From assembly GCA_963744995.1 (NCBI GenBank), contig CAVUWA010000009.1:1-64000 (forward strand): DNA of 64,000 bases. The letters are read 5' to 3'. This DNA comes from Candidatus Eiseniibacteriota bacterium. Lineage in GTDB: Bacteria; Eisenbacteria; RBG-16-71-46. The stretch's first letter is position 1. Every line of letters starts with the position of its first letter. Under the pieces are notes generated by a model that made no database searches, was not told the origin of the DNA, and was given only the letters and a program-made list of their open reading frames with translations. A program made the position numbers and the translations under genes. Shown here in pieces: positions 29,285 through 38,985 of the stretch.

Positions 29285-30057
29285 CTATGCGGGGAACAGC
29301 AGGAAGTACTTTTTGACCTGGGCCCAGGTCTGCAGCGTCGGCGGGAGCGGGATCGGCTCGGAGCTTTCGACCACGGCGCCCGAAGCGCTGGTCGTGGTGG
29401 TGATGCGCCGCGCGCTGAACGCGCTGCCGCCCGCGGAGGACCGGGTTTCGTCCTCCCAGCGCTCGATGTACCAGCGGTTGGGGTCCTGCGTGAAGCCCCG
29501 TTGTACGAGCTCCTCGGGGATCGCCGCCGAGTCGCCCCGCACGAAGGTGAACAGGCCCGGCCCGCGCACTTCGAGCACGCTCTCGCCGAGGGTCACGCGC
29601 AGGTTGACCTCGGCCCGGATGTCGACGTGCCAGTTCGGATTCCCGCCGATGTGGGGGGGAACTCGTCCAGGTTGCTCGTGAAGTCGAGGGTGATCCGGTC
29701 CGCGGGCGGCTGACTGCCGCCCCCGACGAACAGGTTGGTCGCGCTGGTCATCTCGTCTTCGCGGGTCCACGGCGTGTCGCGGAACGCCTGGCCGGCGGTG
29801 TCGGTCTCGGAGAAGTAGAAACGGTAGTCGTCGGTAAACAGCTCGCGGTACTCGTCGATCGCCCGGTGTTCCCAGCACCACTGGAACAGCAGCAGGGTCG
29901 AGCGCGGGTTGACCGGCACCGGCGGCGGCTCGGATTCGCCGCGCCGCGCCGAGATCAGCGGGTCGAACGGATTGAAACAGCCCCCTGCGAGGGCGGCGAC
30001 CGCGAGCAGCAGGAAGACGGGCCACAGACGGCGCACGTCATGTCGGATGCGTTTCAT
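29285..30057 (-). CDS. Lipoprotein, probable NTF2/SnoaL-like fold; frameshifted at a C7 tract (29653-29659)
   Basis: Lipobox LAGG|C, EYRELFTDDYRFYF, RWYIERWED. ORFs 29593-30057 and 29285-30025 join if the tract is C8 or C5. Confidence 0.65.
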
Positions 30058-30668
30058 GAGAGAAGTCTCAACCAGCTGAAGGTAAGCGCTTCATCGTCGC
30101 CGGGCTCCACGACCTGTTCCTCCCAGGTCACGACGACCCACTTGCTGCCGTTCAACTGCTTCATGACGAGTTTCGCATAGCCCCTGGCGATGAGTCGATT
30201 CTGCGGCGTGAGGATCGTGTAGCGGCGGTAGAGCACGGCGTCATCACCGTTGACATCGTCCGGGTTGAACCGCGTATCCGGTTCCCATGTCATGAGATAC
30301 GGGCTGGCATTGATCTTCGCCAGGCGTGAATAGAATCCCGACTCGTTGCTCTCCGTCCAGGTCTGGTCGCTGACCTGCAGGGCCTGCACCACGCTCTCCA
30401 GCGGGATCGCCACGAAACCGATCCCGTCGCGGCTCTGGTCGGCGAGGCCGCCCAGATAGGCGGTGAGGCCCGTGCTGCTGCCCTTGTCCTCCACCGCACG
30501 CGCCAGCGTCTCGAGCGTGCTGTCGGGGCTCGAGTAGTCGGTGCGCACGACGGTGCCGCTCGGCGTTTCGGGCTCGGTCGGCTTGAACAGGCCGCAGCCC
30601 TGCAGCAGGGCGATTGCGAACAGGAGTGCCGCCAGCGCCGGTCCAACTCCTCGCATCCGCCCGCGCAT
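30054..30668 (-). CDS. Lipoprotein, probable NTF2-like fold, distant paralog of its neighbour
   Basis: Lipobox LLQG|C followed by GLFKP, SPDSTLETL, WTESNE, KWVVVTWEE. Start and stop overlap both neighbours. Confidence 0.7.
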   Translation of the reverse strand: MRGRMRGVGPALAALLFAIALLQGCGLFKPTEPETPSGTVVRTDYSSPDSTLETLARAVEDKGSSTGLTAYLGGLADQSRDGIGFVAIPLESVVQALQVSDQTWTESNESGFYSRLAKINASPYLMTWEPDTRFNPDDVNGDDAVLYRRYTILTPQNRLIARGYAKLVMKQLNGSKWVVVTWEEQVVEPGDDEALTFSWLRLLS

Positions 30669-32800
30669 CACAGGTCCCATGAGAACACCAGGCTCCCGTT
30701 CCAGTAGTCGATTTCACTGCGCGGCGACGGCGTGGGCACCCCCGAAGGGAATGAGATGCTGCGATCGCCCCGGTAGGTGCGCCGCAGGGTGCCGCTGAGC
30801 CGGCCGCGTTCGCCGACCGGCAGGTTGACGGTGGCGCCGCCGGTGATGTTGAGCGTGCGACTCTGACGCTGCGGGACCAGCACGCCGTCGAGCGTCTGGT
30901 TGCGGTCGGTCGACTGATACTCCGGCGACACCGTGATCGAGACGAGCCGGCTCGGCGAGTAGCGGACGTTGGCGCCCAGCGTGAAGTTCTCCGTTTCGTC
31001 GGCCTGGCCGAAATACTGCAGCCCGTCCGACTCGACGATGTAGTCGCCGCTCGGCTGGAAGCGGGCCGTGTGCAGGACGTCGATCAGCAGGCGCGGCGTG
31101 ATCACGGCGTTGAGGGTCGTCCGGGTCGTGTAGTCGAGCGAGAGCCGGTTGAGCAGCGGGCTGAACGTGAAGAACGTGTAGTTGGCGATGATCTGGTTGC
31201 TCTGGTTGGCGGTGAGCCCGGGCAGCAGCCGATACGACCAGGACCACTCGGCACGATAGGTCCGCACTTCGTTGTTGGCCCCGGTGCTGGCGCTCGGGAT
31301 GTTCACGAACAACGAGCGCGATACGTCGAGCGCCAGGGTGGTGGTGATGTCCGGCGAGTAGTTGTAGGTCCCTTCCATCCGGTAGGACTGGCGGTACTGG
31401 TCGCGCGGAATCGGCGTGTCGCCGCCGAGCGAGAAGTAGCGGTAGGTGTTGAGGCTCACGCTGCCGGTCGCGCGCGTGACGATCTTGGAGGTCAGGCTGC
31501 GCTGCGCGGTGATCTCGAAGTTGCGCACGCTGAGGGATTCGCCGTAGCCGCCGGTGGAGGAGCGCTGCGGAAAGCGCGATTCGCTGAACGAGATCCCGAA
31601 GCGGGGCTCCACCAGCCAGCCGAGCAGGCGGAACCGCGCGTCGCTCGTGAAGCCCAGATCCTGGCGGCCGCTCTGCGCGGCCGGCACCAGCGAGTTGGAC
31701 TGCTGATTGTCCTTGTAGCTGCCGCCCAGATTCATCTGCAACTCGCTGCTCCTGCGCATGCGGATGCCGAGGTCGACCGTCTTGCTGTCCGTGCGCACCT
31801 GCTGGATCGTGCCGGAGTCGGTCGGCGTGTCGACACGAACGCGCCTGAGCGAATAGCCGAGATTGACCCCGATCGGCTGGTTGGCCCACAGCCCGAGCGC
31901 CCCGCGGACGTTCTGCGAGTTGTCGTTCGTGGAGCGCTCCTCGAGTGCGTTCGGCGGCCGCGTCTTCGACAGGTTGCCCGTGAACTGGCCGGTGAGATCG
32001 TGCGTCAGCCAGCCCCGCGCGTAGCGAACGCGGCCGTTCATGTCCCCCGAGAGCCCGCGCTTCTCCTGGGTGCTGTTCGACAGGTCGAGCACGCCGGTGA
32101 ACACGTTAAGTTCCGAAGTCAGCCCGCCGCCCGGCTGCTGGCGTGAACGTGCCGAGAACTGGAACTCGTTCTTGGTCTCGCCCTCGTTGGAGACCGATCC
32201 CGGGTCGTGGGTGTCGTAACGGGAGAGGTTCGCCCGCCCGCCGAGCGACAGGTTCGGTGAGAACTTCCAGCCCAGTTCCGACACCGAGTTGCGTGTCTGG
32301 CGAACCGCGGTCCGGCCGCTGATGCGGTAACGCTCCATGTTGATGTTGGTCGTGTTGTTGATGAACAGCGGTCCGTTCACGAGCTTGTAGCCGGAGTTGT
32401 TCTCCCAGGTCGTGCGGGTCTGGAAGATTCCATAGTTGGAGGTGTAGTTGAACGTCTGCTGGCGCGGCAGCGAGGCCGCGAGCGGATTGAACTGCTCGCG
32501 TTCCATCACCGGGCCGACGCTGTCGACCGGCAGGCCGAGACTGTCCGAGAGCCACACGATCCGGGCGAGCGGCAGCTTGAAACGGACCGCGATCGATCGC
32601 AGCGTGTCCGGGGTGATGCGCAGACTGTCCGCGAGCTCGAAGAGACCGGTGAAATGCAGGTCCAGCGTGTCGCGCAGCAGCGTGGTGTCGGCGTAGAAGA
32701 ACCGGTCCTGGCTCTGCTGGGCACGCCCGGGCAGGACCGCAGCCGTCAGTCCAACCGCAAGCAGTACAATGGTTAATGGACTTCGGCGAGGATCGGTCAT
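30668..32800 (-). CDS. Large outer-membrane beta-barrel protein, unknown function
   Basis: Signal peptide, about 700 aa rich in S/T/N/R/Y with alternating strands, C-terminal YWNGSLVFSWDL. Putative promoter TTGACC-18-TAGGCT at 32876-32847. Confidence 0.7.
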   Translation of the reverse strand: MTDPRRSPLTIVLLAVGLTAAVLPGRAQQSQDRFFYADTTLLRDTLDLHFTGLFELADSLRITPDTLRSIAVRFKLPLARIVWLSDSLGLPVDSVGPVMEREQFNPLAASLPRQQTFNYTSNYGIFQTRTTWENNSGYKLVNGPLFINNTTNINMERYRISGRTAVRQTRNSVSELGWKFSPNLSLGGRANLSRYDTHDPGSVSNEGETKNEFQFSARSRQQPGGGLTSELNVFTGVLDLSNSTQEKRGLSGDMNGRVRYARGWLTHDLTGQFTGNLSKTRPPNALEERSTNDNSQNVRGALGLWANQPIGVNLGYSLRRVRVDTPTDSGTIQQVRTDSKTVDLGIRMRRSSELQMNLGGSYKDNQQSNSLVPAAQSGRQDLGFTSDARFRLLGWLVEPRFGISFSESRFPQRSSTGGYGESLSVRNFEITAQRSLTSKIVTRATGSVSLNTYRYFSLGGDTPIPRDQYRQSYRMEGTYNYSPDITTTLALDVSRSLFVNIPSASTGANNEVRTYRAEWSWSYRLLPGLTANQSNQIIANYTFFTFSPLLNRLSLDYTTRTTLNAVITPRLLIDVLHTARFQPSGDYIVESDGLQYFGQADETENFTLGANVRYSPSRLVSITVSPEYQSTDRNQTLDGVLVPQRQSRTLNITGGATVNLPVGERGRLSGTLRRTYRGDRSISFPSGVPTPSPRSEIDYWNGSLVFSWDL

Positions 32801-32991
32801 GCGGGTGTCGGAGCGGCGGGGCAAGCACAGGTCGCCGTGAAGGAGGAGCCTATCACCCGTTCGGAACGAGGGTCAACGCTGCGCGCGGTACGTCCACGCA
32901 TCGAGATACCCCGCGCACGGCCTCTCAGGTCCAGGTGCCGCGGCCCGTGACGGCCGCGGCGCCGGCGCTCTGCACGGCGCGACCGCGGGGC

Positions 32992-33109
32992 AAAGGAGAA
33001 GGCCGGCGCCTTGCGACGCCGGCCCGCACGAGTGCCTGGAGAGCCATGGAGGGGCACCCGAGTCCCATGTGTGGTGCGAGGCGACAGGCACGGACCCGCC
33101 GCTCACGCT
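32992..33109 (-). ncRNA. Candidate sigma-54-dependent small RNA (about 118 nt)
   Basis: Bounded by TGGCCCGCTCCTTGC (33135-33121) and terminator GGCCGGCGTC-GCAA-GGCGCCGGCC-TTCTCCTTT (33024-32992). No credible ORF inside. Confidence 0.5.
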
Positions 33110-33120
33110 TTCGAGTATGG

Positions 33121-33135
33121 GCAAGGAGCGGGCCA
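33121..33135 (-). promoter_or_regulatory. Putative sigma-54 (-24/-12) promoter
   Basis: TGGCCCGCTCCTTGC = TGGC-N7-TTGC with exact GG-N10-GC spacing. Confidence 0.6.
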
Positions 33136-33542
33136 TGACCCCGGTGCGCGCGTGTAACCCGTTCGGCCCGATGGCGTTCGGCCGGCGGCCCACGACGCGG
33201 CCGGCGTCCGCGAAGGGCGGCGTGCGGAGAAACCGTCACGTTTCCCGACAGGCCCGACGCGCCGGCCCGGGGCCAGGTGCGTCCTTCGATGGCGCAGGTC
33301 GCCGGCCCGGGCCCGCGCGCGGAGGCGGGCTCCGCCGCCCGGGACCGGGCGCCGCGCGCCGCGCACGCTCGCGACCTGCGGCCGGGTGCCGCCCTCCCAG
33401 GCTTCGGTACGGGGACGGTTGCGGATTCGCGCCGGCGGCGCAGGCAATCGCCTTGCCGGGCTCAAGTTTCAGGTGCTAGCGTGCCGAAACCCGAATGGGC
33501 AGGGACGCCCCGAACTCCTCACTCGCGCCTCCTCGCCCGTGA

Positions 33543-34628
<1,086 letters not shown>

Positions 34629-34632
34629 GTCC

Positions 34633-35442
34633 ATGGGAGGGTTCCTCCCCAGCGCCGAGCGGCGCAGTACCGCGCTCCTCGCCACCTATACGGTCGTCTC
34701 GCTGCTGTTGCTGGTGGTGGGTGACCGCCTGCCGCAGAGCTGGCTGCGCAGTGCCGGGGCGCATCTGTTCGCGCCGCTCGACCGCGTGGTGCTGCTCGGC
34801 GACCGGGTCGGCACCGCGTGGCGCGAGAGCCGCCAGCTGCACGAACGGATCAGCGCGCTCGAGGTCGAGAACGCCGCGCTGCGTGCCGCGGGCGTCGAGA
34901 ACGACTCGCTGCGCCGCGCGCTCGATCTGCCGCGCCGTGGCCCGTTCGACTACGCGCCGGTCGAGGTGCTGTCGCTCTCGGGGACGCCGGTGCCGGTGGC
35001 CGCGACCCTGAGCGCCGGGAAGAACCGCGGCATCCACGTCGGCGACGCGGTGGTCACCCCGCAGGGTCTGCTGGGCCGGATCAGCGAGTGCTACGGCGCG
35101 GCGAGCCGGGTCACGCTGCTCACCGATCCCGTCTCCGTCGTCGCCTGCGAAGTGGAGAGCACCGGCGTGCTCGGTCTGCTGCGCGCGACGACCGCGCCGT
35201 ACCCGCGGCTGATCCTCACCGACGTGCCGCTCGGCGACACCGTGCGGGTCGGCCAGCGGGTGCTGAGCTCCGGCATGTCGAGGCGCTTTCCGGAGCACCT
35301 GCCGGTCGGGCGGATCGCGCGCATCGGCCGCGAGAAGAGCGGCCTGCTGCAGGAGATCGAGGTCGAGCCCGATGCGCGGCTGTCGCGCCTGCGCCACGCG
35401 TTCGTGCTGCGCGGGACCTGGGACGACGAGGTCCAGCCATGA
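34633..35442 (+). CDS. mreC: Rod shape-determining protein MreC
   Basis: N-terminal TM, coiled coil ENDSLRRALD, GLLGRI, VLSSGM..FPEHLPVGRI. Follows mreB. Confidence 0.92.
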   Translation: MGGFLPSAERRSTALLATYTVVSLLLLVVGDRLPQSWLRSAGAHLFAPLDRVVLLGDRVGTAWRESRQLHERISALEVENAALRAAGVENDSLRRALDLPRRGPFDYAPVEVLSLSGTPVPVAATLSAGKNRGIHVGDAVVTPQGLLGRISECYGAASRVTLLTDPVSVVACEVESTGVLGLLRATTAPYPRLILTDVPLGDTVRVGQRVLSSGMSRRFPEHLPVGRIARIGREKSGLLQEIEVEPDARLSRLRHAFVLRGTWDDEVQP

Positions 35443-35951
35443 AGGCGCTCGGCGGCTTCATCCTGCTGATCGCCGTGGCGCTGCTGCTGCGCTCGACGGC
35501 GCTCTCGGCGCTCGCCGCGCGCGGCGTGGTCATCGACGTGCTGGTGTTCGTCACCATGGTCTGGGCGCTGCGCTACGGCGAGTCGGCCGGCGTCACGTTC
35601 GGCTTCTTCATCGGCCTCGCGGCCGACCTCGACGCGGCGCACTGGCTGGGCCGCCACGCGCTGGTGCTGGCCTTGCTCGGCTACGTGATCGGCCGGCTGA
35701 GCCACACGCTGGTGCGCGAGAGCGTGCGGACGCAGCTGGTGCTGATCGCGGTCGCCACCCTGGTGCACCAGGTATGGGCCACGGCGTTCGAGCTGCAGGG
35801 GCTCGCCGGCTGGCCGTACCTGCTGCAGCGGGTGCTGCTCGCGATGCTCGCCACGGCGCCGCTCGGCGCCTTCCTGCTCACCCTGGTGGGCCGCGTCAGC
35901 GGCCGGGGACTGTTCGCCGATGCCACCCACGACACGGGTCCGACAGCTTAG
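35439..35951 (+). CDS. mreD: Rod shape-determining protein MreD
   Basis: Hydrophobic, GFFIGLAADL..LGRHAL. ATGA overlap with mreC. Confidence 0.88.
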   Translation: MKALGGFILLIAVALLLRSTALSALAARGVVIDVLVFVTMVWALRYGESAGVTFGFFIGLAADLDAAHWLGRHALVLALLGYVIGRLSHTLVRESVRTQLVLIAVATLVHQVWATAFELQGLAGWPYLLQRVLLAMLATAPLGAFLLTLVGRVSGRGLFADATHDTGPTA

Positions 35952-37761
35952 GGAGGAGCGCGCCATCCTGCTCTCGGGCCTGGTCGCGGCCGGGCTCGGG
36001 GTGATCGTGCTCGGTCTCCTCAGGCTGCAGGTGGTCGAGCACGAACACTTCCGCGACCTGGCGAAGAACAACCGCGTGCGCATGGAGGTGCTGCGCGCGC
36101 CGCGCGGCGCCATCTACGACCGCCACGGCGAGCTGCTCGCCGACAACCGGCCGAGTTTCAAGATCGTGTTCCGGCCGTTTCCCGCCGAAAGCGCGCGTCG
36201 CATCCAGTTCGACGCGCGCTGGTACGCCAGCGCGGCGGCGATCACCGAGGTCGACAGCGCGACGATCGCGGACGCGGTCCGGCAGGCCAACGGCTCGGGA
36301 CAGTCCGTGGTGCTGCGCGAGAACGCGCCGTTCGAGGTGATGGCCGCGGTCGAGGAGCTCGGCGAGCGCATTCCGGGCGTCGAGGTGGTGGTCGAGCCGC
36401 TGCGCCACTATCCGCACGGGGCGCTCGCGGCGCACGTGCTCGGCTACGCCGGTGAGATCAACGAGCAGGAACTCGAACGCGGTGCCGACGCCGGCTACCG
36501 GCCGGGGGACCTCATCGGCCGCAGCGGCGTCGAGCGCGCCTACGAGTCGCAGCTGCGCGGGGAGGACGGCGCGGAATTCGTGGTCGTGAACGCGATGGGG
36601 CAGCGGGTCTCGACGTTGACCGAGGGGCCGCCGCGGTTGCCGATCCCGGGGCAGAACCTGGTGCTCACCATCGATCTGCGGGTGCAGACCGCGCTCGAGA
36701 ACGCGATGGCGAACGTGGATCGCGGCGCCGCGGTCGCGCTCGATCCCCGCGACGGCGGCGTGCTCGCGATGGTGAGCCGCCCGGCGTTCGATCCCAACGA
36801 GTTCTCGGTGGGGCTCTCGGAGGAGCGCTGGCGCGAGATGAACGAAGGCGGCGCGAATCCGCTGCTGAACCGCGCGATCCAGGGGGCCTACCCGCCGGGT
36901 TCCACGTTCAAGATCGTGTCCATGCTGGCGGCGCTCGCCGACGGACTGGTGCGGCCGGACACCCACCTCGCGCCCTGCTTCGGCAGCTGGGTGTTCGCCG
37001 GGCGCGCGTTCCGCTGCTGGAAGCCCTCGGGGCACGGTGCCCTCAACATCATCGAGGCGTTGCAACACTCGTGCGACGTGTTCTTCTACCAGCTCGGTCC
37101 GCGCCTCGGCCTCGAGCGGCTCGGGGCGGCGTCGCGCGCGCTCGGGCTCGGCAGCGAGACCGGCATCGATCTGCCGCAGGAGCGCGGCGGCCTGGTGCCG
37201 GACCGCGCCTGGTACGACCGCAGGAAGGACGGGCACTTCCGCGAGAGCCTGATGCTGAATCTGGTGATCGGGCAGGGCGAGTTGCTGCTCACGCCGCTGC
37301 AGCTCGCCCTGATGACGGCCGAGGTCGCACGTTCGGGCGCGCCGCTCGAGCCGCACGTGCTGCGCGCCGTACGCGGCGGCCAGACCCCGCACCGCGCGCC
37401 GTCGTCGCGCGCGGGATTTGCGGCCGACGCCGCCACCTGGGACGCGGTGCACACGGCGATGGAGCGGGTGGTGAGCGAAGGCACCGGCACCGCCGCCAGG
37501 GTTCCGGGCACGCGGGTCGCGGGCAAGACCGGCACCGCGCAGAATCCGCACGGCCAGGACCACGCGCTGTTCGTCTGCTACGCGCCCGCGGACCATCCCG
37601 AGATCGCGATGGCGGTCGTGGTCGAGAACGCGGGCCACGGCGGCAGCGTCGCCGCGCCGATCGCGGGTCAGGTGCTGCGCGAGCTGTTCATGCCGGACTC
37701 GCTGCGCGCGGACTGGAAGCCCCCCGTCCCCGAGTCCGCCGGGATGGTCTTCGGTGACTAG
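35920..37761 (+). CDS. mrdA: Penicillin-binding protein 2
   Basis: APRGAIYDRHG, SxxK (PGSTFK), SCD, KTGT. Lies between mreD and rodA. Confidence 0.95.
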   Translation: MPPTTRVRQLREERAILLSGLVAAGLGVIVLGLLRLQVVEHEHFRDLAKNNRVRMEVLRAPRGAIYDRHGELLADNRPSFKIVFRPFPAESARRIQFDARWYASAAAITEVDSATIADAVRQANGSGQSVVLRENAPFEVMAAVEELGERIPGVEVVVEPLRHYPHGALAAHVLGYAGEINEQELERGADAGYRPGDLIGRSGVERAYESQLRGEDGAEFVVVNAMGQRVSTLTEGPPRLPIPGQNLVLTIDLRVQTALENAMANVDRGAAVALDPRDGGVLAMVSRPAFDPNEFSVGLSEERWREMNEGGANPLLNRAIQGAYPPGSTFKIVSMLAALADGLVRPDTHLAPCFGSWVFAGRAFRCWKPSGHGALNIIEALQHSCDVFFYQLGPRLGLERLGAASRALGLGSETGIDLPQERGGLVPDRAWYDRRKDGHFRESLMLNLVIGQGELLLTPLQLALMTAEVARSGAPLEPHVLRAVRGGQTPHRAPSSRAGFAADAATWDAVHTAMERVVSEGTGTAARVPGTRVAGKTGTAQNPHGQDHALFVCYAPADHPEIAMAVVVENAGHGGSVAAPIAGQVLRELFMPDSLRADWKPPVPESAGMVFGD

Positions 37762-38983
37762 GCCGATCCCGCGCCGGCGCCTGCCGGCGCTCGACTGGCA
37801 GCTGCTCGCGGCCGTGTTCGGCCTCGTGATCATCGGCCTCGCGACGGTCTACAGCGCGACCTCGATTCCCGGCGCGCACGAGGGCCTGTGGACGCGGCAG
37901 CTGGCCTGGGCCGGCGTCGCGCTCGTCGCTGCGTGGATCGCGGCCGGGATCCACTACCGCGCCTACGACGCGCTGGCATGGCCGCTCTACGGTATCGCGC
38001 TGGCGCTGCTGGTGCTGGTGCTCGGCATCGGCACGAGCGCATACGGGGCGAAGCGCTGGCTCGAATTCGGCGCGTTCAGGTTCCAACCGTCCGAGCTCGC
38101 GAAGATCGCCACGGTGATCGTGCTCGCGCGCGTGCTAGACAATCCGAACCTCGACCTGCGCCGGGTCCGCTGGTGGCTGCCGCCCATGCTGCTCACGCTG
38201 GTGCCGTTCCTGCTGGTGCTGCGCGAGCCGGATCTCGGCACCTCGCTGTCGTTCCCGATCATTCTGATCGCGATGTACTACTGGGCGGGGATGCCGCTGT
38301 CCACGCTGGCGCTCGGTCTCTCGCCAGCCCTGAACCTCGTGCTGTTCTTCGCCACCGGCTCGCTGTGGTGGTTCGCCGGTCTGCTCACGCTCACGCTCGG
38401 CGCCATCCGGCCGCGGCTCTCGGTGCTCGTGCTGGTGGTGGCCGTGAACGGCGCCATGGCCGTGGCGCTGCCGCACGCGTGGAACCATCTGCACGACTAC
38501 CAGAAGCGCAGGATCGAAACGTTCCTCAATCCCGGGCAGGATCCGCATGGCGCCGGCTATCAGATCATCCAGTCGAAGATCGCCATGGGCTCGGGCGGCG
38601 TGACCGGCAAGGGCTACCTCAAGGGCACGCAGAAGGCGCTCGCCTTCCTGCCCATGCGTCACACCGACTTCATCTTCTCCGTCGTAGGGGAGGAACTCGG
38701 GTTGGTGGGGACGCTGGTGGTGGTGCTACTTTACGGCGTCCTGCTGCTGCGCGGCCTGCGCGTGGCGACGGTGGCTCGCAACGGCTTCGCCAGCCTGCTG
38801 GTGGTGGGCCTGATCTCCGCCTTCTTCTATCACGTCTCGGTGAACATTCTCATGACGATCGGCTGGGCGCCGGTCACGGGGCTGCCGTTGCCGCTGCTTT
38901 CGTACGGCGGCACCGCACTGATCGTCAACGGCATCGAAATAGGCCTGATCATGAACGTCGCCATGCGGCGCACGGAGTTCTGA
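37754..38983 (+). CDS. rodA: Rod shape-determining protein RodA (SEDS family)
   Basis: GAKRW, FQPSELAK, EPDLGT, GYQIIQS, HTDFIFS, PVTGLPLPLLSYGG. Confidence 0.95.
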   Translation: MTRPIPRRRLPALDWQLLAAVFGLVIIGLATVYSATSIPGAHEGLWTRQLAWAGVALVAAWIAAGIHYRAYDALAWPLYGIALALLVLVLGIGTSAYGAKRWLEFGAFRFQPSELAKIATVIVLARVLDNPNLDLRRVRWWLPPMLLTLVPFLLVLREPDLGTSLSFPIILIAMYYWAGMPLSTLALGLSPALNLVLFFATGSLWWFAGLLTLTLGAIRPRLSVLVLVVAVNGAMAVALPHAWNHLHDYQKRRIETFLNPGQDPHGAGYQIIQSKIAMGSGGVTGKGYLKGTQKALAFLPMRHTDFIFSVVGEELGLVGTLVVVLLYGVLLLRGLRVATVARNGFASLLVVGLISAFFYHVSVNILMTIGWAPVTGLPLPLLSYGGTALIVNGIEIGLIMNVAMRRTEF

Positions 38984-38985
38984 AC

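Noticed and set aside
37888..38985. N-terminal extension of lgt to 628 aa
   Set aside because: It is a shadow frame of rodA. Lgt similarity begins at about 38986.
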